A stretch of 64,000 nt of DNA from Candidatus Angelobacter sp. (GTDB taxonomy: Bacteria; Acidobacteriota; Terriglobia; Terriglobales; Acidobacteriaceae): NCBI GenBank assembly GCA_035307585.1, contig DATGHX010000052.1, positions 2,068 through 66,067 of the forward strand. Direction: 5' to 3'. Made by a program: the position numbers and the translations under genes. Shown piece by piece: positions 19,815 to 28,118 of the stretch; the first letter of the stretch is position 1, and every line of letters starts with the position of its first letter. The notes beneath the pieces are model-generated. The model made no database searches. It saw nothing but the letters and a program-made list of their open reading frames with translations, and was not told where the DNA came from.

Positions 19815-20005
19815 GGGTCGCTTCCGGGCACTCCGAGGTGCGCGGAATCCTTATAGTAACCGTTCCGCTGGGCGCGCAGCAGAGGAAGTCCATGGCGCGC
19901 TGTGCGGCAGGCAATCCTCCGATTGCGATTCGCCAGGATGCATGCTATTGTCAAAGTGACAAATCATCATCGGACACCCGTCCCGCGGCGTCCGATTTTG
20001 CCCAC

Positions 20006-20088
<83 letters not shown>

Positions 20089-20128
20089 CAGGCAGTTAGA
20101 GTGAGTTTCCCCGATAATCCGCGCTGTC

Positions 20129-20151
20129 ACTTTAAGGACGACTTTAAGGAC
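20129..20151 (+). repeat. paired ACTTTAAGGAC direct repeats (arm-type recombinase site candidate, attL side)
   Basis: ACTTTAAGGAC at 20129-20139 and 20141-20151 (12-bp period), 41 bp inside the island from the core repeat. Confidence 0.4.
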
Positions 20152-20451
20152 CCAGCGAATTTCCTCACGGTGTCCCAGACGAGTTTGAGAAAAAGTTTGA
20201 GGACCTCTTACGGTTCAAAAGTCTATTCAATGCAGAACCGACTTGGTGCCGAAGAAGGGACTCGGCAGCGGTCGCGGAAAGCCCTCGTAAACAGTGGCTA
20301 AATCCTTGGTTATCAAAGACCCCTAGTTGGCCCATTTTGAGCAGGATTTCAGACGCCATTGAGTTGGCACGGCGGATTTATCAGAAGGATGAAGAATGAC
20401 TTTCCGCGTTAGAATGCGGAAGCAGACGCATCGCAGGAGTAAGCGCGAAAT

Positions 20452-23007
20452 ATGTTCGACAGGTCGGGCAACGATATGGAGCCGAGTTACAAAACCAGCG
20501 AAGAGGCATTCCAGGCTTTTCTAGCCTTAAAGGGTGATCTTCCAAAGTACGACCTGAGTGGTCAGACAGAAGCTGACACCAGAGCTCGCCTAATTACACG
20601 TTTGCTGACCGATGTCCTGGATTGGCAACCAGAACAGATCAAACGAGAAGAGCATGCCCATCCCGGATACATGGATTATGTGCTCCTAACGAATCGCCGG
20701 ATCGCGGTTGTAGAAGCGAAGCGATCAGGCGATGTTTTTCATTTGCCAAACGATCTTTCACGAGTTAAGAATCTCCGTCTCGCCGGTGTCGTGAGAACGG
20801 TCAAAAACCTCCAAACACACATTTCGCAAGTGTTTGGATATTGTTCCAACAACGGCATCGAATATGCGGTAGTGACGAATGGTCTTCAGTACGTGATTTT
20901 TCGAGCGATCCGCACTGATGGAATTCACATTGGTCAAGGACGCGTCATTGTATTCCCCAGCTTTGATGACATCGAGCAGCGGTTCGTTGAATTCTGGTCC
21001 CTCCTCGCAAGGCCCAATGTCGAAAACAATTCTCTCGTAAGAGCGTTCCAGCCCGATGCAGCGGTCTTGTTTCAGTACAAGCGATTGGCCGACCAGGTGC
21101 ACACTTATAGAGAAAAGGTTTCTCGAAACCGATTGAGTCGCGACCTTGAACCACTTTTAGCGGAATACATGGGAGAGATCGCGGGGGTCGAGCAAGCACC
21201 AGAAAAACTCAAACGGTTGTATGTAAGAAGCACCGCCCTTAGCGAGGTTTTAGAGGCTGTTGGTCAAAAGATTTCGCTGTCCCTTTCCGCGACCATCAAA
21301 CAATCGGGCAGAGTGATAGAGCCAAAAGCGACTGAAGAGTTGAAAAAAGGCCTGCAGCAGCAGGTTCAGTCACACGTGTCACTTCCCGTAAGATCGCAAG
21401 ATGTGCTTCTCCTCGGACGTGTTGGTTCGGGCAAAACCACATTTGTCACGCATTTCTTGACTGTTGATCTCGTGACGCTTCTTAAGGGGCACATCGTTGT
21501 TCAAATCGACTTTCGGCTCTTGGAAAAGGGAGGTCGTATTTCAAGCTTCTTTTACGATACCCTGCACAAGGTGCTTACAAAGAATCAACGATTCACTGAT
21601 TTGACTTCGAAGCAACTCAGACACATATATACTCCTGAAATTAGAGAGCTTTCGGTCGGTCCTCTGGCCGTTCTCGAACGCACTAATAAGAAGAGGTATG
21701 AAGAAAAAATTGCCGACTTTCTCATGGAGCAGTATAAGAAGCCAGAAATCCACTATGTAAGGGTTCTACGATACTTGGCTGAGAAACAAGGTGTTCGATC
21801 TTTTGTGTTTTTCGACAACGTAGACCAACACGATTTCGACTCGCAACAGGAGATATTTACCTTTGCTCACTCGGTAGCCGCGAAATGCCATGCATTCGCA
21901 ATAGTCACTATGTGGGAAGAGACGTTTATCCGGTCGAAACAAAAGGGAGCACTCTCGGCCTACCAGACGCCAGCCTACAGCGTACCGCCGACGAGCGTAG
22001 TGGACATTATTGTTCGCCGCCTCGAGTACATGGTAGACCAAATCAGAAGCGGCGGCCTGGCAAGGGCATTGATCATCAATCGTCAAAATACCCAGGATGT
22101 TCAAGACTTTCTGGAGCTTGTTCGTGTGTCATTGTTGCATGATAAGAAACGAGCACGGTTCTTTCTAGAGTCGATAGCGATGGGAAATTTGCGCAAAGCA
22201 ATGGACGTCTTCTCGTCTTTTCTCGTTTCTGGACATACGGACGCACTTAAGATGCTCGACACTGTTCGTGAGACCAGGGGCTATTTGATTCCTTTGCACG
22301 AATTCATAAAGTCTATCGGGTTGGGAGAATACCGTTTTTACTATGGTGATCTGAGCTATGTGCTAAATGTTTTTTCAATTTCAGACGAATCGCGCCCGTC
22401 GCATTTTACAAAGCTCCGACTCCTAGAGTACCTCTTTCATCACCGTAATCGTTCAACAGCACTCGGAATCGGGTTTATAGGGATTGATTTTATTCGCTCT
22501 GACTTTCAACGTATTGGCACAAGCGAAGCTGATCTGACAGAGTCGTTGAAAGTCTTGTCGCGATTTTTGTTGGTGGAGAATGATGTCTACGATGCGGACA
22601 GAACCGGCCATGGTTATCGGATCACCGCAGCAGGTCGGTATTACTTACGTTATTTAGTCAACAAATTCACATATCTCGATTTGGTGCTACAGGACACACC
22701 GATTGCAGACAATACTGCATTTGAAGAAATGAAGGACCTGCTTACCAGCCGGGAGTTGGAGGATAGATTTGCCCGCGTCGAAACCTTCTTAACCTACTTG
22801 CTCGCAGAAGAAGAGCGGGAGCATTCGGCAGTTCTCAGCACGAGTGAGTCCATTCCCCTTCGGCAGAAAATGATGCCACCCATAATTACCGATTTCCATT
22901 CGGACAAGGACTTCATTAGATCCAAAAGAAGGCGAAGGAGAAAGGGTGAGCCAACACCATACATATCGGAGGATCAAGAGGATTCTTCCGGAGCAACGGC
23001 CGACTGA
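20452..23007 (+). CDS. PD-(D/E)xK nuclease (HsdR-N/Mrr-like) fused to a P-loop NTPase (STAND/NACHT- or ORC-like) with a helical C-terminus
   Basis: 851 aa. N-terminus has TEADTRARLI..GYMDYVLL..IAVVEAKRSG..QVFGY..VVTNG. Walker A is LLLGRVGSGKTTF (aa 320-331) and Walker B-like is FVFFDNVDQ (aa 451-459). It is the only plus-strand gene of the island. Confidence 0.65.
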   Translation: MFDRSGNDMEPSYKTSEEAFQAFLALKGDLPKYDLSGQTEADTRARLITRLLTDVLDWQPEQIKREEHAHPGYMDYVLLTNRRIAVVEAKRSGDVFHLPNDLSRVKNLRLAGVVRTVKNLQTHISQVFGYCSNNGIEYAVVTNGLQYVIFRAIRTDGIHIGQGRVIVFPSFDDIEQRFVEFWSLLARPNVENNSLVRAFQPDAAVLFQYKRLADQVHTYREKVSRNRLSRDLEPLLAEYMGEIAGVEQAPEKLKRLYVRSTALSEVLEAVGQKISLSLSATIKQSGRVIEPKATEELKKGLQQQVQSHVSLPVRSQDVLLLGRVGSGKTTFVTHFLTVDLVTLLKGHIVVQIDFRLLEKGGRISSFFYDTLHKVLTKNQRFTDLTSKQLRHIYTPEIRELSVGPLAVLERTNKKRYEEKIADFLMEQYKKPEIHYVRVLRYLAEKQGVRSFVFFDNVDQHDFDSQQEIFTFAHSVAAKCHAFAIVTMWEETFIRSKQKGALSAYQTPAYSVPPTSVVDIIVRRLEYMVDQIRSGGLARALIINRQNTQDVQDFLELVRVSLLHDKKRARFFLESIAMGNLRKAMDVFSSFLVSGHTDALKMLDTVRETRGYLIPLHEFIKSIGLGEYRFYYGDLSYVLNVFSISDESRPSHFTKLRLLEYLFHHRNRSTALGIGFIGIDFIRSDFQRIGTSEADLTESLKVLSRFLLVENDVYDADRTGHGYRITAAGRYYLRYLVNKFTYLDLVLQDTPIADNTAFEEMKDLLTSRELEDRFARVETFLTYLLAEEEREHSAVLSTSESIPLRQKMMPPIITDFHSDKDFIRSKRRRRRKGEPTPYISEDQEDSSGATAD

Positions 23008-23012
23008 CTGTT

Positions 23013-24281
23013 TCAGCATTCCTCCGGCAACAGAGCCGTCGTCGCCGTCCGCTTGCCGTCATCCGCGCCTTTCTGGAAGTCTTGAGTTTGTTGTCGGGCG
23101 CTAATCGTCTCAACCGCACCTCGCAACTCATCGAGCGTAAAGTGTCCGTAACGAGCGGCCATCTGCACCGTGGTGCTAGGGCTCCAACCAACTATCTTGG
23201 CAATTTTCATCAGCGGTACGCCGGCGTCAATCATCCGCGAAACTGCTGTGTGGCGCAGATCGTGAAAGCGGCAGACAAGGGGTTGGATTTCATTTTCGTT
23301 GTCGTCGTCAGAACCCTCTGTCAATATCTCTGTTGCGCGAACCCTGGCTCTCTCCCAAGCCTCTTTCACGTCACCAACGGGGCGGGTCACGTCCAAGTCG
23401 TATGACATGCCCTCAGTGAATCCAAAGTGATCTTTCTTGCCTCCTCCTCCATACTTCTGAGTTGGAAACACGAAATGCTCAGGCTTACGGTCAGGAAATT
23501 CACTGGCCCAGAATTGAAGTGTTGCCATGGCACGAGGTGAGAGAGGGACAACTCGCCCTGTGCCTGCTTTGGTCTTGTCTTTCCCAAATTTCAGACAACG
23601 ATTTTGGAAGTCAACATTACCCCACTGGAGGGTTCTGATGACATTGAATCGCGCACCTGTTTCAAGGGCAAGTGTGACGAAGGGCAAGAGACAGCGAGAA
23701 CGTGAAAGAGAGCAAGCTTGGAGGAGGGCACGCTCCTCATCCACCGTGATTGCTCGTCCAACGTCATCTCTTACCGGTAGCATCCTCACGTTAGGTTGCA
23801 CCCGGGCCCACTGACCATGTTTCTTTAGGATTGCTCTCAAGGTCCCGATCTCAAGATTGATTGTTGCCGGTGACGCCCCCTCGCCAAGGCGTCTCTTTTG
23901 ATATTGGGAGATGTCTTCTGCGGTAATGTCTGATACAAGCTTCTTGCCTAACACCGGCAGCAGGTGAAGATCAAGGTTTGTGTTCTCAATTGTAAGAGAA
24001 GAGGCCGCGAGTGAAGTCTTCTTGGCTTCAAGATAGGCCTGGGCAGCAAACGACAGCAGTCTGGGAGCGTCAGGCTTGCGGATGCCGGTAAGGCCGGTCT
24101 CAAGCTCATACTTCCTCTTGGTCTGCACCTTTCTCGCTATTGTGAGTGAACGTGTCTTGGTCGATTCCTGAATCAGTGAGCCTTGAAAGTGAAATTGCAT
24201 CCACCAGATTTGTGATTTCTTTTTCTCACCAGTCTTTTGATCCCTGTATGTCGGCCTATAGAGCGCCATGAGCACCCCCAT
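23013..24281 (-). CDS. int: tyrosine-type site-specific integrase
   Basis: LALETGAR (catalytic Arg), RFHDLRHTAVS (H-x-x-R), IVGW, and the nucleophile Tyr in AARYGHF. Confidence 0.9.
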   Translation of the reverse strand: MGVLMALYRPTYRDQKTGEKKKSQIWWMQFHFQGSLIQESTKTRSLTIARKVQTKRKYELETGLTGIRKPDAPRLLSFAAQAYLEAKKTSLAASSLTIENTNLDLHLLPVLGKKLVSDITAEDISQYQKRRLGEGASPATINLEIGTLRAILKKHGQWARVQPNVRMLPVRDDVGRAITVDEERALLQACSLSRSRCLLPFVTLALETGARFNVIRTLQWGNVDFQNRCLKFGKDKTKAGTGRVVPLSPRAMATLQFWASEFPDRKPEHFVFPTQKYGGGGKKDHFGFTEGMSYDLDVTRPVGDVKEAWERARVRATEILTEGSDDDNENEIQPLVCRFHDLRHTAVSRMIDAGVPLMKIAKIVGWSPSTTVQMAARYGHFTLDELRGAVETISARQQTQDFQKGADDGKRTATTALLPEEC

Positions 24282-24320
24282 TTGTATACTGTTCTCGGGG
24301 CATGACTCGGGGGATGGTCA

Positions 24321-24941
24321 TCATTCTTTCCCACTCACGATCCGCTTGATCGTGTCCGGATGGACCCTGAAGAGTGGGGCAATTTCGGTCCATGTCTTGC
24401 CCTCACGCCTGAGTCGTTTGGCTTGTTCCTTCTGATCTGGCGTGAGGGATGATGGTCTGCCTCCAACGCGTCCATCTGCCCTGGCTTTGAGGAGACCTGC
24501 CTTTGTGCGTTCAGATATCCGGATCTTTTCTTGACGGGCGACCGCAGCAAGGATCCCTAGGACTGCATCGCGGAAAACACCAAGGCTGTCTAAATACTGT
24601 TCCGTAAAGCTTAGGTATCCGACGCCATAAGAGGTTAGCTGTTGGAGATAATTCAGCGTTGGCAGAACGCCTTCTCTGCTGAGTCGATCCAGCGACCAAA
24701 ACAGAAGCACATCAAACTTGCGCTGGCTTGCGTGGAGGAACATCTCTTTCTGTCTGGGTCGTTCAGCCTTTGCGCCGGAGCAGACATCCACGTATTCAGC
24801 AACAATTGCATATCCCTGACGCTGGCAGTATTCACGCAGTTGGGTAAGCTGATTTTCATTGTCCTGGTCCTTGGTTGACACCCGGCTGTAAAGAGCGACC
24901 CGCAAGCTGCTGGCCTGCGGGCCTATGGCCTGCGTTGTCAT
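24321..24941 (-). CDS. serine recombinase (resolvase/invertase type) with C-terminal HTH
   Basis: VALYSRVSTKDQDNENQ catalytic-Ser motif plus a C-terminal TWTEIAPLFRVHPDTIKRIV HTH. Start set at the ATG that overlaps the upstream stop (ATGA at 24938-24941). Confidence 0.85.
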   Translation of the reverse strand: MTTQAIGPQASSLRVALYSRVSTKDQDNENQLTQLREYCQRQGYAIVAEYVDVCSGAKAERPRQKEMFLHASQRKFDVLLFWSLDRLSREGVLPTLNYLQQLTSYGVGYLSFTEQYLDSLGVFRDAVLGILAAVARQEKIRISERTKAGLLKARADGRVGGRPSSLTPDQKEQAKRLRREGKTWTEIAPLFRVHPDTIKRIVSGKE

Positions 24942-25327
24942 TTCTTCCCCCAACCGCACTCAACGGCAATTTTCATGATCGCCAGACAATCAGTCCTGAG
25001 AGTTGCGATGGTGCTCTTTCTCTTCTCAACGTCCGCTGCGTCCCAACCGCCATCAATAAGCATTTGTGAGATTTCGTCCACAGTGTTCTCTGGGTTTTGC
25101 AACACGAGTCTGCGTGTAGTTGTCGAGATAGACGGAGTTTTCGGGTTGTCGTCCTTCACCTTCTGTGGAGGTGCGGATTGACTTGGCGAAGCATGAGTCT
25201 TATCCACGGGTGCGGCAGGCGCAGCTGTCTCGGGTTGAGCTGACTGCGCTGGCTCTGGAGCAACTTGCTCATCGTGCTTGTGATTCTTTTTCGCGTTTTC
25301 TTTTTTCTTCACGATTCCACCTCTCAT
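24938..25327 (-). CDS. hypothetical protein (Lys/Pro-rich N-terminus)
   Basis: 129-aa ORF, first gene of the apparent 129aa-resolvase-integrase string. No motif recognised. Confidence 0.45.
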   Translation of the reverse strand: MRGGIVKKKENAKKNHKHDEQVAPEPAQSAQPETAAPAAPVDKTHASPSQSAPPQKVKDDNPKTPSISTTTRRLVLQNPENTVDEISQMLIDGGWDAADVEKRKSTIATLRTDCLAIMKIAVECGWGKK

Positions 25328-25358
25328 ATTTACTAAATAGTAACTACTGATGCGTTAC

Positions 25359-25387
25359 GTATAAGTACCGCACCGGGAAGAAGTCAA
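25359..25387 (-). promoter_or_regulatory. sigma70-like promoter candidate (TTGACT-17-TTATAC)
   Basis: Minus strand reads GGTTGACTT, then a 17-nt spacer, then TTATAC, about 30 nt upstream of the ATG at 25327. Confidence 0.3.
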
Positions 25388-25842
25388 CCTTTTTCTTTGG
25401 CAAAAACGAAGATTTTTTCCTTATGTAATCGAGAAATGAGAACTGCTTTGTTTTCAGGAGGAGTTAATCAGAACTTTTAAATACGTTTTTGCTTGCCAGG
25501 CTGAACAACTCGAAGCGGGGAGAATTTCACGATGATTTGCTGCCTATCTCAGCGGCATCACAAACGAGGGGGCGGAAGTCACACGGGTTCGGCCTTGATC
25601 CAACAGCTACCCATGACAACTCACTGCTCGTCTATGTTTGTTTTTCTTGTTGTTCTCAAGTTTCTTTTACAGGAGCTTCTGGCGTGAAAAACTCAGGCGT
25701 GGTTTTTTAATTGTGGTAACTTTTTTGTGAGTTGTCGCCCATCTTTGCGTTGCTCATTCTGCGACATGCTCTCGTACCAGCCAGCACCTATCCCTAGCGC
25801 AGCGCCCAAGTAAAGCCATCACGCTGGTAATCTGAAACGGGT

Positions 25843-25881
25843 CACAAAGAAATGAGGGCAGTGCTGAATTCACTACCCTCA
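25843..25881 (-). terminator. rho-independent terminator candidate
   Basis: Imperfect 11-bp stem TGAGGGCAGTG/CACTACCCTCA (one mismatch) with a 7-nt loop. Followed on the minus strand by TTTCTTTGTG, about 60 nt after the stop at 25942. Confidence 0.4.
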
Positions 25882-25941
25882 TCCCTCCCGCCGCCTCCCA
25901 TCAAAAGGAAGATGATTGATGGGGCAGGAAACTTTAAATTC

Positions 25942-26388
25942 TCATATGCAGAGCCCCTCACGCAGGCATAGCATTTTCTCCTCAGCAAATGTCGCTAGCG
26001 CCTGATTGAATTCTTTGAGTGCATTGCCAACTCTCTCCCGCAGCATCTGCTCAGTTAGAGTGTCTCCGATCGGTAGCCTCATCTCGTGCACGACGTCGAG
26101 CGATGAAAAGTTGATGCCGCGATTCCTGTTCTTGGCTAGAAACTCGGCGTGCTCATTGGTAGCTTCCTGGAGGGACGCATCAGTTTCTTTGACCCTTTGC
26201 AATGCGATCTCGAACCGCTCGCGCGCGGTAAGTTGGACAGCCGGGGGTGTCTCTTTGATTTGCTTCCGTGGTAGCAGGCCCATTTCAATATCCCCTGTGT
26301 GGTTCACTTTCAGAAAACGAGTGAGCCCGACGCTGAGAAGCAGCTCCTCCAGATAAAACGGGTTAATGTTTTGGGCAAACCGGATCAT
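25942..26388 (-). CDS. hypothetical protein
   Basis: 148-aa ORF starting 9 nt after the stop of the upstream 80-aa ORF. No motif recognised. Confidence 0.5.
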   Translation of the reverse strand: MIRFAQNINPFYLEELLLSVGLTRFLKVNHTGDIEMGLLPRKQIKETPPAVQLTARERFEIALQRVKETDASLQEATNEHAEFLAKNRNRGINFSSLDVVHEMRLPIGDTLTEQMLRERVGNALKEFNQALATFAEEKMLCLREGLCI

Positions 26389-26397
26389 GTGAAAAAC

Positions 26398-26640
26398 CTA
26401 ACCCGCCTTCTGATATGACGGTTCAACGACATTGAAATCAGCATTGATTCGTTTACCCAACCCAAAAACGGTTCTGTTTTCTGGATTGTCACGCACGACA
26501 ATGTTGATTTGCTCATCCAGCCTCTCAAACCCGACGTCGCCAGACAGACGATTGAAATCAGGGTAAAGCGTAATGATGAGACGTTCTTTGATCGCAAGTG
26601 ACTGAGCGACTTTAATCACTACGAAAGATATGTTGAACAT
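26398..26640 (-). CDS. hypothetical small protein (80 aa)
   Basis: Internal ATG at 26640 is preceded by a GGAGAG SD. The longer ORF-track version would run through a terminator hairpin. Confidence 0.4.
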   Translation of the reverse strand: MFNISFVVIKVAQSLAIKERLIITLYPDFNRLSGDVGFERLDEQINIVVRDNPENRTVFGLGKRINADFNVVEPSYQKAG

Positions 26641-26712
26641 TTCACTCTCCAGAAATAGAGGTGCTGATTGAGCAGGTTCTCTGAAGCAGCACCTCCACTT
26701 TTTCCTGCAACA

Positions 26713-26754
26713 GGAGAAAACTTTAAAGAGGTGGAGATGGGTACCCTCCACCTC
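26713..26754 (-). terminator. rho-independent terminator candidate
   Basis: Perfect 9-bp stem GAGGTGGAG/CTCCACCTC (26728-26754) with a 9-nt loop, followed on the minus strand by TTTAAAGTTTTCT. Confidence 0.45.
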
Positions 26755-26887
26755 TGCTTTCGCCACCAATCGCCTTGGTCATCGCTTCGACTAACCCCTG
26801 TTGAGCTGCATTAGCCTCGCTTGCAAGTCACCCTCTGCATCAGAGGGTCATTCAACTGGCGGCGAAAAACCCTACCGTTTCTCGCCA

Positions 26888-27082
26888 CTACCTCAAGTCA
26901 GAACTGCGAGCACTTGCAGTTGGCCCGTTAAACTGGGTTCGGTCTCGGCTGCAACGTAGGCTGTCGCCCACCACATGCACCAGATCACTCAGACCACATG
27001 TCGGGCAAGGAGCAATCCTTGGGAGTGCGGTGACTTTTGCATGTTGAACAGTTGGGATCGATTCAACCGACGTTTTACTCAT
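26888..27082 (-). CDS. small Cys-containing (zinc-ribbon-like) protein
   Basis: 64 aa containing CPTCG...LRCSRD. Its ATG overlaps the stop of the upstream small ORF (ATGA). Confidence 0.4.
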   Translation of the reverse strand: MSKTSVESIPTVQHAKVTALPRIAPCPTCGLSDLVHVVGDSLRCSRDRTQFNGPTASARSSDLR

Positions 27083-27255
27083 CTCTCACTCCCTCTCTCC
27101 TTGAGCAATTTCTCAATGCTGATCAATCGCAGCAAAATTGCAGCCTGAATCTTGAGGTGATGAGCGTTGATGGTCTCGGCAATATTCTGAGGTGGGAAAA
27201 TGCCTCCTTTTTCCCACTGACCATCTGCAAGTGCTTTTAGCTGCTCGTCGTCCAT
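27079..27255 (-). CDS. unlisted 58-aa ORF (below the ORF-track length cutoff)
   Basis: Hand translation gives MDDEQLKALADGQWEKGGIFPPQNIAETINAHHLKIQAAILLRLISIEKLLKERGSER. A GAGGGTGAT SD-like sequence precedes the ATG. It fills the gap between two coupled genes. Confidence 0.35.
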   Translation of the reverse strand: MDDEQLKALADGQWEKGGIFPPQNIAETINAHHLKIQAAILLRLISIEKLLKERGSER

Positions 27256-27262
27256 ATCACCC

Positions 27263-27709
27263 TCAGTTTGCGTCTCTTGCAGCTTCGACTAGTGCGCCCT
27301 TCATCAACAACCGAAATTTGCCGACTTCTTGGGCAAATCTCTCCGGAGTAAATACTTGATTCATCTGAGCAAAAAGTTTGGTCATCTGAAGTGTCAACCG
27401 CGCCCTTGCGCGCTCCTTTGCAGTTGGCAGTTCGGAACGAAACCCCCCGTCATCATCCACGCCCAACTGAATCTCGCCCAGCATCTTGGTGACGTCTGCA
27501 TCCCTCAGCTCGTCGCGAGTTAGTGATTTCGTGATGCTTGGGCCAAACAGTGCTCGGATATCCGCGCTTTCGGGGCTGAGAGCCTGTTGCCGGTTGTAGT
27601 CAACAAGACCTGCCCTCGTCATCGGCAGCTCACCATCATCAATGAGTGGAGCCTCATCATCCAAACCGGCCAAAAGATCTTCTAAATCAAATGGGACATC
27701 GTTTTTCAT
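27263..27709 (-). CDS. acidic hypothetical protein (148 aa)
   Basis: ATG at 27709 preceded by GGAGGAAG, 4 nt after the upstream stop. N-terminus is rich in D and E. Confidence 0.5.
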   Translation of the reverse strand: MKNDVPFDLEDLLAGLDDEAPLIDDGELPMTRAGLVDYNRQQALSPESADIRALFGPSITKSLTRDELRDADVTKMLGEIQLGVDDDGGFRSELPTAKERARARLTLQMTKLFAQMNQVFTPERFAQEVGKFRLLMKGALVEAARDAN

Positions 27710-27713
27710 GAAA

Positions 27714-28118
27714 TCAACTTCCTCCGCTTTCCTGATCAATTGCAACAGAGGCAACAGTCGTGATGGTTCTCTGTTCCACATTCACTAACTTTTGGTACAA
27801 CTTGTGAACCGCGCTCTGCCCGCCGTTGCCTTCTGGCACCATCTCGAAATATCCGTGGAACATGTGGGAAAAGTTTGCCTCACCTATCGTCTCCCTTATT
27901 TCCCTGAAAGCGAAAACTGATCCCCTCAAAGCTGCCTGGATGAGATGGTCACACAGTAACTCTGCGTATGTTTTTCCCGATCCAGAATCCACCTGTTCCA
28001 ATTTTTGTCTTAGGGCGGTTCTGAGAAGGGCTGTTCGCGGTCGTCCACCAGGGTTCCCCGAGACGCCCTTTAACCCGTCGCGCCACGTCAGCCTGCCGCT
28101 TTGAGTGTCACCGTCCAT
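27714..28118 (-). CDS. GNPGGRP-motif protein (DUF5681 / small-terminase-like family of phages and mobile elements)
   Basis: SGNPGGRPRTALL followed by a helical region. The family assignment is from motif recall only. Confidence 0.45.
   Translation of the reverse strand: MDGDTQSGRLTWRDGLKGVSGNPGGRPRTALLRTALRQKLEQVDSGSGKTYAELLCDHLIQAALRGSVFAFREIRETIGEANFSHMFHGYFEMVPEGNGGQSAVHKLYQKLVNVEQRTITTVASVAIDQESGGS

Noticed and set aside
17493-19856. 787-aa ORF on the plus strand, one of many long antisense ORFs. Others include 493-1569(-), 8158-9138(+), 11041-11997(+), 14853-16046(-), 38293-39201(+), 39733-40935(+), 43348-45474(-), 48189-49034(-), 49431-50516(-), 54832-56091(+) and 60355-61464(-).
   Set aside because: Each mirrors a gene with strong recognisable motifs on the other strand (mutL, nrnA, ADOP permeases, CheB-CheR and others). 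Their translations are Arg/Ala/Gly/His-rich low-complexity sequence typical of stop-poor antisense frames in high-GC DNA, and no motifs are present.
20101-20301. 66-aa plus-strand ORF just inside attL.
   Set aside because: It has a GTG start without an SD. It is made up of the ACTTTAAGGAC and AGTTTGAG repeat pairs, which are better explained as protein-binding DNA sites.
25489-25710. 73-aa plus-strand ORF in the island's non-coding gap.
   Set aside because: Its orientation opposes all neighbouring genes. It has a non-ATG start without an SD and a low-complexity C-terminus.
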